Of a DNA stretch of 64,000 bases, positions 38,378 to 49,700 are shown piece by piece. The DNA comes from an uncultured Thermoplasmatales archaeon (GTDB lineage: Archaea > Thermoplasmatota > E2 > UBA202 > DSCA01). The notes under the pieces were generated by a model. It saw only the letters and a list, made by a program, of their open reading frames with translations, ran no database searches and was not told the DNA's origin. The stretch is from positions 33,678 to 97,677 of the forward strand of contig CAZESS010000005.1 of the NCBI GenBank assembly GCA_964514975.1, in the 5' to 3' direction. Each line of letters opens with the position of its first letter. The stretch's first letter is position 1. A program made the translations under genes and the position numbers.

Positions 38378-39070
38378 TCAGCGGCGTGCCCGCTTGAGAA
38401 CGCCCATCAGCGTGTGGTATTCCCATTTGGAGAGCATCGCCCGCCCGATGATACGGCGGAACATCACCGATGTCTTGTCTTTTTTGTGCTCCGGGTAGCC
38501 GGTAGCGTCGAGCAATCGGTCGAACTGCTCATAGAGGCGTTCCTTTTCAGCGTGGTCTGTCTTCCGGGTCACCGGCGCCGTGCCGCGCTCGACCAGCACC
38601 GCGTAAAGGGTGACTGCGACGGCGTGAGACAGGTTCATCGAGGGATAGATGTCAGCGGTCGGGATGTGTATCAATGCGTCGCATATGCGTATTTCGTCGT
38701 TGAGCAAGCCGTAGTCCTCGCGGCCGAAGGCGATGCCGACCCGGCCCTCGACGGATGCGATTTTGTCGGCGAACAGGGGCAGCGACAGCGCCCGGCGGAG
38801 ATGTTTCCTGTCGCTTGATGTTTCTATCGCCGAGGTGCCGGCGAGATAGTCGACCATGTCCGCGGCGTCCGTGAACGTGTCAACGACCCGGGCGTCATCG
38901 ATCACCGACTGCGCGTGCACCGCCATCGTTCTACATGCATCCGTCTCCAGGGAAAACGACGGAGCCACGACGACGAGCTCACGGACATCGAAGTTCAGCG
39001 CCGCACGGGCTGCAGCGCCGACGTTGCCAGGGTATTTTGGCTCGACGAGGATGACCGCAAAGGAGGACAT
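38378..39070 (-). CDS. trmJ: SPOUT tRNA methyltransferase, TrmJ family
   Basis: PGNVGAAARA, FGREDYGL and YPSMNLSHAV. Confidence 0.9.
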   Translation of the reverse strand: MSSFAVILVEPKYPGNVGAAARAALNFDVRELVVVAPSFSLETDACRTMAVHAQSVIDDARVVDTFTDAADMVDYLAGTSAIETSSDRKHLRRALSLPLFADKIASVEGRVGIAFGREDYGLLNDEIRICDALIHIPTADIYPSMNLSHAVAVTLYAVLVERGTAPVTRKTDHAEKERLYEQFDRLLDATGYPEHKKDKTSVMFRRIIGRAMLSKWEYHTLMGVLKRARR

Positions 39071-39073
39071 CGG

Positions 39074-41509
39074 CTAGAAGCTGAATATGGTGACGATGAT
39101 GGTGCCGCTAGTCGCGGTATGCCCGGCACGATCCGCCGCGGTGACATGCAGCGCTTTGGTGCCGATTTCGTGGGACCACGTCCACTGGTATGGCCGCTGC
39201 AGGTCGATGTTCTGCGGCTGGTCGTTGACATAGAAGGTAACGTTGTCGATGCCGGAGGTGTCGTCCAGCGCCGCTGCAGTGACGGTGAGCCGGCCGAAGG
39301 CGACCGTTCTGCCACCGGTCAGCGGGATGATCTGGCGGTCGAACAGGTACAGGTAGCCGAACTCGGGGCGCATCAGCGACACCGCGGGAGCCTCGCTGTC
39401 TATTTTCACGATTTCGGATTTGACGTCCTCGGTGGTGCCCTCGTTGTCAACGGAGTAGAACTCGAGGACGTTGACGCCCTCTGTGGTGATGTTGAACGGC
39501 CCGGTGTAGGTCTGCCATGCCGTGCTGCCCACCCGGTACTTGGTGTAGTCGATGCCGTCGGGGTCGCTCGCCGTCAGGTTGACCATGACGGCTCCAAGAT
39601 ACCAGCCGTTGTCGCCGTCGGGCGAGGCAGGGTTGAATGTTGCCACGGTCGTCGGAACCGTGATGTTTATTTTGAAGGTCACGCTGTCGACGGGTTCCAC
39701 GTTGCCGGCGTTGTCCACCGAATAGAAGTCAACCTGATGGTGGCCGTTGCTCGACACCAGGAACGGGTCATTGTAGGTCCGCCAGGTCCCGTTGTCGATG
39801 TGGTACTTGGTGTAGTCCACGCCGGTGTCGTCATCCGTCGCGGAAAGGGTAACCCTGACAGGTGAGACATACCAGCCACCGGGACCGTCCGGCGAGGAGG
39901 GATCCAGCGTAACGGTGGTATCAGGCGGCGTGGTGTCGCCACCCGCCTCGATTTCGAAGTCACGCTCCGTGGTGGTCACGCCGTTGCCGAGCCGGTCGAC
40001 GGCGTAGATGGTATAGGTGTAGGTGCCGAGCGCCGAGTAGCTTTCGTTCCGGTAATAGGTGGAGCAATGAATGTAATGCATGGTGAAGTTGGCGGTGGAG
40101 CTATCTGGGTATTCCACCTCGACATAGAGAGCGGCGACGCCTACGTCGTCGATGGACGTGCAGGAGATATTGACATGGCCGCCCTGTGACTGCGGGTCAG
40201 GAGACGCCTGGATGCTGGAAACGCCGGGCGGCGTGTCGTCGACCCGCTGCGTGTCGTTGTACACCGGCTCCCGGTTGCCCACGTTGTCGTCGCTGTAAAA
40301 CTCGAGGTAATGCAGGCCCGTCCCGGTCAGCGAGAAGTTGCCGGTGTAGAGCTGGAAGTTGTCGCTGCGGCCGATGCCGGTGCCCGGGGCCGGGGTCCAG
40401 CCGCCGTGCCAGATACGGCAATAGGTAGCGTTGACGCCAGACTGGGCGTCGCCGGCGGTGAAGTTAAACACGCTGGACGAGGTGACATAGACGCCGTAGC
40501 GGGGCCCGGTGATGTGCTTGGACGTCGTCGGAACCGTGGTATCGACGCCGATGGATTGGTCGGCGGAACCAGGCGCAGCCTCCTGGTTGGTAGCGTTGTC
40601 GGTAGCTCTCGTGCTGAGCTCGTAGTAGCCGCTGCCCGCGGGCGCCGTGAAACTGAACTCCCACGGCTCGCTGCCGTCGGTGGCAAACGTGGTCCAGGAA
40701 CCCCATGAGGCGTTGTCAGCGCTGTAGCGATAGCGCAGAGCGACGGCTCCAACGCCGGACAGGCCATCGCTCGCGGTGGCAGATACCGTGACCGGGGTCG
40801 CACCATGCCAGTAGGGGAGCGCGTCAACGCTCGATGACGGCGGGGTGTCGTCGTAGGCGGCGATCGCATCCGCGGTTGCAGGTGCGGGCTCCAGGTTGAT
40901 GCCGTCATATGCCCGGGTGCGGAACTGGTAGTAGCCCTCCCCGTCGGGGAATGCAAAGCTCACCTCGTAGGGCGCCGCAGTGTCGGTGCCGATCGACGTC
41001 CACGAGCCCCATGACGCGTTGTCGCTGGCATACCGGTAGTGGAACCGGACGTCCTCCACATGGTAGTTGTCGCTGGCCGTCGCGGTAAGGGTAACGTTGT
41101 CGTTGTACCAGTACTGCACCAGCGCGTCCACGGAGCTGTTCGGCGGCGTGGTGTCCTGCAGGGTGAACGTGTGACCGGCGGAGGTGTTCCACCCGCTGGC
41201 ATTCCGGGTTGCGATCACATAGCTGTAGGTACCCAGAGGGTCGGGATAGCCATAGCTGTGGTTATAATACCAGGCGGAGGCGCCGATGTTGCTCATGGAA
41301 AAATTGCCCATGCCGCTGGCGTTGGGATACGATATCTGCACCCATGCCTCCGTGGCGTTGGTGATGTCGGCGGTGATGTTGTTGTAGCCCGGCACCTCAA
41401 CGGGGTCGGGCGTATCGTTCACCGAGTTTATGTCAGGCTGCGCGAAAACCATGCATGCAACCACGATGACGGCCATGGCGATAACTGGCCCTAACCATTT
41501 CTTTCCCAT
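39074..41509 (-). CDS. Secreted multi-Ig-like repeat protein
   Basis: Signal peptide; repeated DTTPP...SGV...YRY...FYSVD.AGN.E modules; conserved C-terminal GYLY domain. Confidence 0.85.
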   Translation of the reverse strand: MGKKWLGPVIAMAVIVVACMVFAQPDINSVNDTPDPVEVPGYNNITADITNATEAWVQISYPNASGMGNFSMSNIGASAWYYNHSYGYPDPLGTYSYVIATRNASGWNTSAGHTFTLQDTTPPNSSVDALVQYWYNDNVTLTATASDNYHVEDVRFHYRYASDNASWGSWTSIGTDTAAPYEVSFAFPDGEGYYQFRTRAYDGINLEPAPATADAIAAYDDTPPSSSVDALPYWHGATPVTVSATASDGLSGVGAVALRYRYSADNASWGSWTTFATDGSEPWEFSFTAPAGSGYYELSTRATDNATNQEAAPGSADQSIGVDTTVPTTSKHITGPRYGVYVTSSSVFNFTAGDAQSGVNATYCRIWHGGWTPAPGTGIGRSDNFQLYTGNFSLTGTGLHYLEFYSDDNVGNREPVYNDTQRVDDTPPGVSSIQASPDPQSQGGHVNISCTSIDDVGVAALYVEVEYPDSSTANFTMHYIHCSTYYRNESYSALGTYTYTIYAVDRLGNGVTTTERDFEIEAGGDTTPPDTTVTLDPSSPDGPGGWYVSPVRVTLSATDDDTGVDYTKYHIDNGTWRTYNDPFLVSSNGHHQVDFYSVDNAGNVEPVDSVTFKINITVPTTVATFNPASPDGDNGWYLGAVMVNLTASDPDGIDYTKYRVGSTAWQTYTGPFNITTEGVNVLEFYSVDNEGTTEDVKSEIVKIDSEAPAVSLMRPEFGYLYLFDRQIIPLTGGRTVAFGRLTVTAAALDDTSGIDNVTFYVNDQPQNIDLQRPYQWTWSHEIGTKALHVTAADRAGHTATSGTIIVTIFSF

Positions 41510-41592
41510 ATACAGTTAATAAAACTCGTGATTATAAAGCATTCGGTGCGCCGCCAGCAAATGTTTTTAACCATCCGGCCAATTATCCGCCC

Positions 41593-42483
41593 ATGAAACA
41601 TGTTATCTCCATGCTGGACGTGAAAGATGTGCTGCATGACATCATCGACGACGCCATCGACATGAAGCACAATGGCCACGGCAGAGACCTGGAGGACCGC
41701 ATCCTGGCCATGATTTTCGAGAAGTCGAGCACCCGGACCCGGGTTTCCTTCGAGGCGGGTATGCGCCGGCTCGGCGGCTACGCCATCTTCCTCGGCAAGG
41801 ACGACATCCAGCTCGGCCGGGGTGAAACCATCGAGGACACCGCACTGGTACTCTCGCGCTACGCCGACCTCATCATGTACCGGGCCTTTGACCATGCGGA
41901 CATGGTCGAACTGGCCGAGCATGCGACGGTGCCCGTCATCTCCGGGCTCGACGATGAGGAGCATCCCTGCCAGGTGGTCACCGACCTGATGACCATCAAG
42001 GAGTACAAGGGAGCGCTCGACGGCCTGCACATGGCCTATTTCGGCGACGGGAACAACAACATGGCGAACTCGTTGATGCTGGGCGCGGCCATGACCGGCA
42101 TGAAAATGTCGGTCATCGCGCCACGAGAGCTCTGGCCGTTGGAGAAATATCTCGGGATGGCACGGGAGATGGGCGACATCGAGGTATCCGAGCTCCATGG
42201 CGATGCCGGAGCCGGGGCAGATGTCGTGGTCACCGACACCTGGGTGTCGATGGGCGACGAGACCGAAAAACGGGAGCGCCTCAGCCTGCTGGAGGGTTAC
42301 ACGGTCGATGCGGATGTGATGTCGCGCGCCGACAGCGACGCCATCTTCATGCACTGTCTCCCTGCCTACTATGGCAACGAGGTGACGAAGGAGGTGGCAC
42401 ATGGCCCGCAGTCCGTCATCTTTGACGAGGCCGAGAACAGGATGTGGGCGCAGATGGCGATTATGAAATGGCTGCTCCGCTAA
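41593..42483 (+). CDS. argF: Ornithine carbamoyltransferase
   Basis: STRTR, HPCQ, DTWVSMG and HCLP. Confidence 0.96.
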   Translation: MKHVISMLDVKDVLHDIIDDAIDMKHNGHGRDLEDRILAMIFEKSSTRTRVSFEAGMRRLGGYAIFLGKDDIQLGRGETIEDTALVLSRYADLIMYRAFDHADMVELAEHATVPVISGLDDEEHPCQVVTDLMTIKEYKGALDGLHMAYFGDGNNNMANSLMLGAAMTGMKMSVIAPRELWPLEKYLGMAREMGDIEVSELHGDAGAGADVVVTDTWVSMGDETEKRERLSLLEGYTVDADVMSRADSDAIFMHCLPAYYGNEVTKEVAHGPQSVIFDEAENRMWAQMAIMKWLLR

Positions 42484-42752
42484 AACAGGCGGCCGACCTT
42501 TTCTATCTCTATCCGGGCGACGCCGTCGACCTCGGAGAGCATGTCGACCAATTCGTCGGGGCTTTCGTCGCCGGTGACGAGGTCGACCATGACAGCCTTG
42601 AGGCCGAATGCCACGGGCGCGATGTCGGTGCCCTGGACCTTCGCGGTGTCGGGCACCGCTTCCAGGACGCGCTCTTTGAGCGATTCCAGGTCTATCTCGG
42701 TGCCGGTTGGCATGACCTTGAGGGTGATTCCTACGTCTCCCATGCTGTCCAC
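42480..42752 (-). CDS. Elongation factor 1-beta
   Basis: LKVMP and PVAFGLKA; adjacent Zn-ribbon gene, the conserved archaeal pair. Start may be ATG 42743. Confidence 0.93.
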   Translation of the reverse strand: MDSMGDVGITLKVMPTGTEIDLESLKERVLEAVPDTAKVQGTDIAPVAFGLKAVMVDLVTGDESPDELVDMLSEVDGVARIEIEKVGRLF

Positions 42753-42938
42753 CTATGGCCCTCTGAACCCGCATTCGGGGCATTCGTATGTGGCGGCCCG
42801 TTCCCGGCAGGCGCTGCACCGGTTGATGGTGGCTCCGCATTCGGGGCAGGGAAACGTCACGCTTCCTCGTTCGACCAGTCCGCGTCCGCATGAGACGCAT
42901 CTTCCTTCTCGCATGAGACGGGTATGTCGCGTGTTCAT
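42753..42938 (-). CDS. Small Zn-ribbon protein (DUF1610/HVO_2753 type)
   Basis: CVSC, FPCPECG, RCSACR and YECPECGFRGP. Confidence 0.92.
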   Translation of the reverse strand: MNTRHTRLMREGRCVSCGRGLVERGSVTFPCPECGATINRCSACRERAATYECPECGFRGP

Positions 42939-42991
42939 TTAAAGTTTACCGCCGTATGCTGGGGGCTACATAGCGACAGAACGTCTGCTGA

Positions 42992-43654
42992 CTACTGGCT
43001 GTCCTGTTCACCCGGCCATTTTGACATGATGATGCGCCGTATCTCCCGGGCTTTTTTCGTGCCGATGCCCTCTATCTCCTGCAATTCGTCGCAGGTGGCA
43101 TTGATGATACGGCGCACGGAGCCAAAATAGTCCAGAAGCTTCTGGGAGGACACGGCGGATACGAACGGCAATCCCTCGATGACGTAGCGCTGCTGCTCCT
43201 CGAGCGACTGCGAAGGCTTGTTGCCCCGGAGCGCAACCGATGTTCCCGTTTTTATCTGCTCGCGGTAGGCCATACTGTAGAGGAGGTGCGTCGTGTCCGC
43301 TACGTCTGCTGCGGTGAACACCGAAAAGCCGTAGTCGACGATGATGGAGGACAGGGCGCCGTAGATGGCCCGCTCGTGGATGTTCCGGGAGAAAAGACCG
43401 TCGCCCTCGATGACCATGATAGGCCGGGGGTATGCATCGGCGAGACGGCTGACCTGGTCGAAGAGACGCTGGCCGACCAGCGAGTCGAGGAAATCGGTGG
43501 CGCGTTTGCGTTCAACGGCAACGCGGTCGCTGATGATGTAGTCGCCGACCGGGAGCTGCTCCTCGCTGACCTGGACGTCGCGCGCCCGGAGCATCGCGGG
43601 GATACCCGAGCACCGCTCGCGGTGGTCGACCAGGATGGATATGCGCTCCGCCAT
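42992..43654 (-). CDS. xpf: Stand-alone XPF/ERCC4 structure-specific nuclease
   Basis: VDHRE, GDY, VERK and C-terminal HhH (IEGIG); no helicase domain. Confidence 0.9.
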   Translation of the reverse strand: MAERISILVDHRERCSGIPAMLRARDVQVSEEQLPVGDYIISDRVAVERKRATDFLDSLVGQRLFDQVSRLADAYPRPIMVIEGDGLFSRNIHERAIYGALSSIIVDYGFSVFTAADVADTTHLLYSMAYREQIKTGTSVALRGNKPSQSLEEQQRYVIEGLPFVSAVSSQKLLDYFGSVRRIINATCDELQEIEGIGTKKAREIRRIIMSKWPGEQDSQ

Positions 43655-43714
43655 ACATGATGATGCCCTGGCGCTTTTTAAGTTTACCAGTGACCACAGG
43701 CCATGCTGCGCTCG

Positions 43715-46700
43715 TTATCCTTCGCCGTGCCAGGTGCTTGGCTTCGTTACATACACGAACACGCCCATGCCCCGGATGATGCGGAAGTCCATCGCGGGTG
43801 GGGATATGCCGACCAGGAAGGATGCAAACGTGCTGCTGGTGGCGTTCCAATAGGCAACGATGGTGCAGTTGTCGATTGCGGTGCCCAGGCTGCTGGCGTT
43901 CGTTGCCGTGGTGTTGTACCAGCCAATGGTGTTCCATCCCACGGCGAGCGGCACGGACACCCCGGATATGGCGCTGCCGCGATGGCTGAACACGGTGTCG
44001 TTGGCCATGTAGATGAAGTAGCCGATGCCATCCTGGATGGCGAAGTCCATCCCGGGCGGCGAGATGCCGACCAGGAATGACTGGAATATGCTGCTGGTGG
44101 CGTTCCAGTAGGCCACGATGCTGCAGCCCGGAACCGCCGCGCCAAGCGACGACGCCATAAACGTATGACTGCACGGCACCGTCATCAAATTCCAGCCACG
44201 ATAAAACATGCAGCAGAACAACGGATCCTGCACGCTAAACGTCACCGTATCAACATGGCCATCCCCGTCATCAGCAGTCCATACAGCCGTTCCATTCAAC
44301 CCGCCCGAACGGAACACCGACATCTGCCCGACAGACGGCACACACGACGCATTCGAACCACTGTTGGACACACCCCAGCTCACGTTCACCAGGCCAAGAC
44401 AGCCCCAGGTCACATTATACGCCAGCGCATACCCCGCACAACAGAAGTTAACGGACACGTTCATGTCAGGCATCATGTTCAACGTCGCATACGTAACCCG
44501 GATAAAATCAACCGTCGGAATTACGGTAACGGTGATGTTGTCATGCGCCGTGTCGGTGGCGCCATCGTCGTCCATGACAGTCAGCGCGACATGGTAGGTA
44601 CCCGGAGCCGTGTAGCCATGGGTGGCCTGCTCGCCGTATAGGGTTGAGGTGTCGCCCATCTGCCAGGTCCAGTTGACGATGACACCGTCGCTGTCCGTGG
44701 AGGTGCTGTTGAAATAGATGGTGTCCGTCGTAGCCGGCGATGCTGGCTCAATGGTGAAACCTGCTGTTGGCGGCTGATTGGTCTCGAGGATGATGTCGGT
44801 TTCGTTGTGCGTTGGCTCTGTGTTGCCGAGTGCGTCCACAGCGTACCATTCGAGATAATGTTTTCCTGCGCCGGTGATGGTCAGGCTGACGTTGGTATTG
44901 GGCAGCCCCATCATGGACCAGCCCCAGCCGGTGCCCTCGCTCCATACCCGGTAGTGGATGACGTAGTCGCCGACTGTGCAGCCTCCGCCATCGGTCGCGT
45001 TGAGGTAGATGACGGTGTCCTCGGTGATGGTCTCCCCGTTGACCGGCGAGTTCACGTCGGCGTCACCGGCGTTGTCGATGATCCACGGGTCCTGTATGTC
45101 CGCGACGGTTGTGCCGGGCGGCGGGGGCGTGTGCCCTGGCGTGAACTGCCGTGCCCAGTCGTATGCCTGCTGGATGCTCCAGCCCGCGTTGACGCGCTCC
45201 CAGAAGGGATGGTAGAACCAGGAGCCGGCGAAATGCGTTGCCGTGGCGTGTGGCCAGTACCAGGCAAGGTTGCAGTTGCCGGCTGCTGCGACGTGGATGG
45301 TGCTGGAAAGGTTCATCTGGGTGATGAAGTCACCGCTGTGGCAGTTGTCCAGCAGGAAGGTGAGGGTGCCGGCGGTGAGGTTGTTGTGTACCCAGGTGAG
45401 CCATTGTTTCATCTCGATGGAGGTAACGGCTTCCGGGTAGGTGTAGTCCGTGCCGGCTCCCTCGAAGCTGTAGCTGGCGATGCCGCTGGCGTTTTTGCTG
45501 CCGTGGTCGACGAGGTATATGCACACGTCGTCGCCGGGTGCGACGCTGGCGGCCAGGGCCTGTATCTCCTGTCTGAGCAGCGTCTTTGTTATCGGGGTGG
45601 TATGGTCGTAGTCGATGACGGGGTCGTCCGCGCTTCCCGCGACGCCGTCGGGGCCGTACAGCCAGTTGTTTGTGCCCGCAGGCGGATAGATGTCTATCCA
45701 TGTGTCGTCGTCGTGCCAGAGCATCAGGATGATGTGGTCGTCCTGGTAGCCGTGTTCCTTAAGCGTGTAGTAGGCCTGGAGACCCTGCGCCGGGAACCCG
45801 TCGGCGTCGTAGGCGCTGTCGAAGTCGTTGGTAGAGACGCAGATGAGCGCCCATTTGTCGTTGATGGTGACGTTGCCCTGTTTGTGCTTGTCGGTGGCGG
45901 GCGGGGTGCCGTCCACGCGGTATTCCTGGATGTGAAGTTTTTCCTGGTATGTCACCGCTGCGGGCTGCACGTCGGCGGCTATAAGGAAGTCGTAGTCGTC
46001 GCTCCATTCCTCGTACATGGTGTACCAGACCCCGCCGACATGGGTGCAGCTCCGGCTGAGGGTGGGGCCGCTGCCGTCGTCTGAGATGATGGAGACGATG
46101 TTGCCGGCTGTCTGGTTGACCGTGGTGTATCCGATGTGGAATTCGTCTCCGGCGCTGAAAGAGAGGTCTTCGGATGTGAGGTCGACGGTGAGCTCCGTTG
46201 TCCACCAGACAAGGTCGTCGTAGGGAACGTTTATCCGCGCGAGCTCGGTGCCGGGGTATCCGCCGGCGTCGTCCCATATGATGACGTCGATGCCCTCGCC
46301 GGTCACGTTGACCGAGCCCGGCTGGTAGAGGTTGAGATATGCCGTCGTGAGCGTGCCGGTGTACGGCATGGTGAACCGCTGGCTGTATATGTCGTCGCCA
46401 TGGTCGGATGGGCATTCGAAGTAATAGTAGCCGGCGTATGTGCCATACTGGAGCCGGGTGCCACCGTCGGCGGTGCCGCTCCATCCGTTGTAGGTGTTTT
46501 CGGCGAAGTATTCGAGGACATGTATGCATTCCTCCTCGAAGTGGATGGGCCTGGTGTAGGTGTACCACCATCGGCCATATTTGAACCTGGTGATGTTGTA
46601 GTTGCCGCCGTAGTAGTCCTCCTGGTACGCAGGGTGCCATCCACCGCTTTCGTTTTCCCAGCCCCAGTAGATGGTCTGGTTCGCCATGGCGCAGGTTCGG

Positions 46701-49700
46701 CCGTCCTCCAGCGTGATGTTGGAGCAGAGGCGCTCCCACCAGAACTCGGGGGTGACGACGATGTCGGTGGTCACGTTCTGGACGTGCCACATCGTCTGCT
46801 GCCCGGTCTGCATGTCGAGGAGCAGGATGTTGTCACAGTAGCTGATCTGGAAGTCTCCGTTGTCCAGCCAGTCGGCGATCGTGTACATGTGTCCGAAGGA
46901 CGGGTGCACCTGCATCCACGGCGTCCCCCATGGAGCGGTCATCGCCACCGGTATCAGGTTGAAGTCGTCCTGGAACTCGACGTATATCTCATCCTGGGGA
47001 TTGGACATGTTTTCCAGTTGCAGGGTAACGGTGACCTGCTCCAAATGATAGGTTCGCTTGCTTTGGTTCTGGTAGTCCCACAGGACGAGGGTGTCGCCGG
47101 GGGTGAGGATGTCGTCGCAGTTGTCCCCCCATTCCTCCACGTAGTACCATGTATCATAGGAAGGGTAAAGTTCACGGAGTTCGATGTCTCCCGCTTCGGG
47201 GAACGGCTGATGAGATATCTGGTCGAGCGGGTTCACGGGCGCCCCCTGGTAGTACAGCTCGAGGTATCTTGATTCGTTGACAGGGTCATAGTGATGGATG
47301 AACACGCCGTCGTGCGTCTTGGTGGTGATAGGGGCGTCCACGTAGTCGGTTTCGTTGTGCACCGCCTCCACCAGGTCGCCTTTCACGCTGTACCATTCCA
47401 GGTAATGTTTGCAGTTTTCGTGCGCGGAGAAGGTGAACGGCCCGGTGTACGTATGCCAGGGCGACCATGTGCCGTTGTACCAGATGCGGTAATAGGTGGC
47501 GTCGGCGGGCTCGGTGGTGTTGAGGTATATCCGGGTGTCGGGCATCACCCATTCCTCGCCGACGGGCGAATATGTGTCGCTGTCGCCAAGGGTGTCGTTC
47601 AGCCAGGGGTCCTGTATCTCCGTCACCGTGGTGTAGTTGTTGAGATGGGCTTTGGGGGTATGGTTACAGCCATGTGTGTATGCCTGCTCGATGCTCCATC
47701 CGCCGTTGATGCGCTCCCAGAAGGGATGGTAGAACCATGAGCCAGCGTAGGGCTGCGCGGGCCAGGTGGTTTTGTCCATCCAGTACCAGGCGAGATTGCA
47801 GTCGCCCGCTGCTGCGACGTATATCACGTTGTTCAACGCCGGCGTGTTGACCTGTATGTTGAAGTCGCCGCTGTGGCAGAAGTCGGTGAGGAATGTCACC
47901 CGGGAGCAGTTCGCGGCTATCCAGCTCAGCCATGTATGCATCTCGGAGCCGTTGACGCTCGGGCTGTCCGGCTGCTCGAAGTCGTAGGTGACCTCGCCGC
48001 CGGTTTTTGACCCGTGGTTGACGAGGTAGATGAGGACGTCGTCGCCGGCGGTGACGACGCTGGCGAGCGATTGGAACTGCTGACGGAGCGTTGTTTTGGA
48101 TATCGGCGTGTAGTGGTCGAAGTCTATCTGCGGCGGCTGGTCCGGTCCACCTATCTCTGCGGGCGGGCCGGTCAGGTCGTTGTGGCCCCCGTAGATGGTA
48201 ATGTAGGTGTCGTTCCCGCCGACGATGTTCGGGTCGCCGTCGTCGTCGTGCCAGAGCATCAGGATGATGTGGTCGTCCTGGTAGCCGTGGGCCTTGAGCG
48301 TGTAGTAGGCCTGGAGCCCCTGCGCCGGGAAGGCGTCCATTTCCGGCTGGGCGCCGCCGTCGAAATCGTTGGCTGAGACGCAGATGAGCGCCCAGTGGTC
48401 GCTGTATACGGGGCCGACCTTGCGTTTGTCGGTGACGGGTGGCTGCTGCTGGATGGTGAGCGTTGTTTCTGCATATACGCCGGTGTTCTGCACCGTGGGT
48501 ACGGGCGGGTCGGGCGAGGTGGAGACGGCATCGGCGTTGCCTGAGGTGTTGTAGGTGGTTTGATAGAATTCGATGGTGAAGTTGGTGATGGTGCCGGTGC
48601 TGAGATTTCCGCCGTCCTGCACGCGGATGAAGAAGTTCTGGTTGTCCACGCTGGGAACGGAGGAGCTGAACTCCGTTACGTCGAACACGATTGGATGCGA
48701 GGGAAACGGCGCCGGGCGGCCCCGCCAGTTCCATTCGTTGAATGCTTTGGTGGCATATGGCGAGGGGGTCGGGCCGATACCGAGCGAGACGTTACACTGC
48801 GTCCGGTAAGGATGGCTGATTTCAAACGTGGCCATAATTTCCGGGTCATATCCTGTCCGGTCGTCCATGAACATGTAGTATTCGACGACTCGTTTCATCG
48901 TCTCATAGGATATCCAGTAGCATCCGTCGCCGTCGTTGTCGCCCCCGCCGCCCCCCCAGGGGCCGGTTCCCCAGGAGTTGGCGACCTTGAATGCGCCGTA
49001 GCGGGTGCTGCTTTCCTCGGTGTATGGCCCGAAGTTGTCGTCGTATCCGACGATGGTGTTCGCATGGTTTGTGTCGGTGGGGCTGTAGTTATCGATGGTC
49101 CAGAGATCGCCGCCTGTCATGGCACCGTACCAGCTTGCGTTGACCGAGATAACGGCGAGGTGGTTGTTGCTGAGGAACGTTTTGAGGTTGTTGATGGCCG
49201 TGTCGGTGGTGACCCACTGGAGGTTGTAGCCGGTGGTGCCGCGGTAGATGGGGGCTTCTCGCCATGCTGTCTCTGAGGGCCAGGTGGTGCTGTCCGATGG
49301 GTTGTAGGGCATGGTCTGCCAGGAGCTGCAGCCCACCTGGTAGACGAGGTCCATGGCGTCGCCGTACCATGAGCCACAGTCGGTACCGCCGGACCATGCC
49401 AGGATCTGGTGGTAGATGAAGTCCGGGCTCATGATCTTGTCCTGTTTTTTGTCGGGGGCGCCGGTGTATCCGCCGACCCAGTTGACGTCGGAGAGGTCCC
49501 AGCCGTGTTCCTTTGCCTCCTGGTATGTTTTTTCGTAGTATGCAACGGCAAATGGAACGCAGGCGCCTTCCCCGTCCTGGTTGCCGATGGGCGGGAACCA
49601 TTGGTCCTGGGTGTTGTCCACGCTTGCCCGCGGCTGCCCCCCGATGATGCTGTCGACGATGTAGAGCTGCTCGGCCATGTGCTGCCAGCCCTCTCGTGTG

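Noticed and set aside
42992-43654. XPF as a truncated Hef helicase-nuclease
   Set aside because: It has its own start and AT-rich promoter; short stand-alone XPF is a known archaeal form.
43715-44520. Diversity-generating retroelement target
   Set aside because: No reverse transcriptase or near-identical template repeat in the window, and the two terminal repeats differ at all base types.
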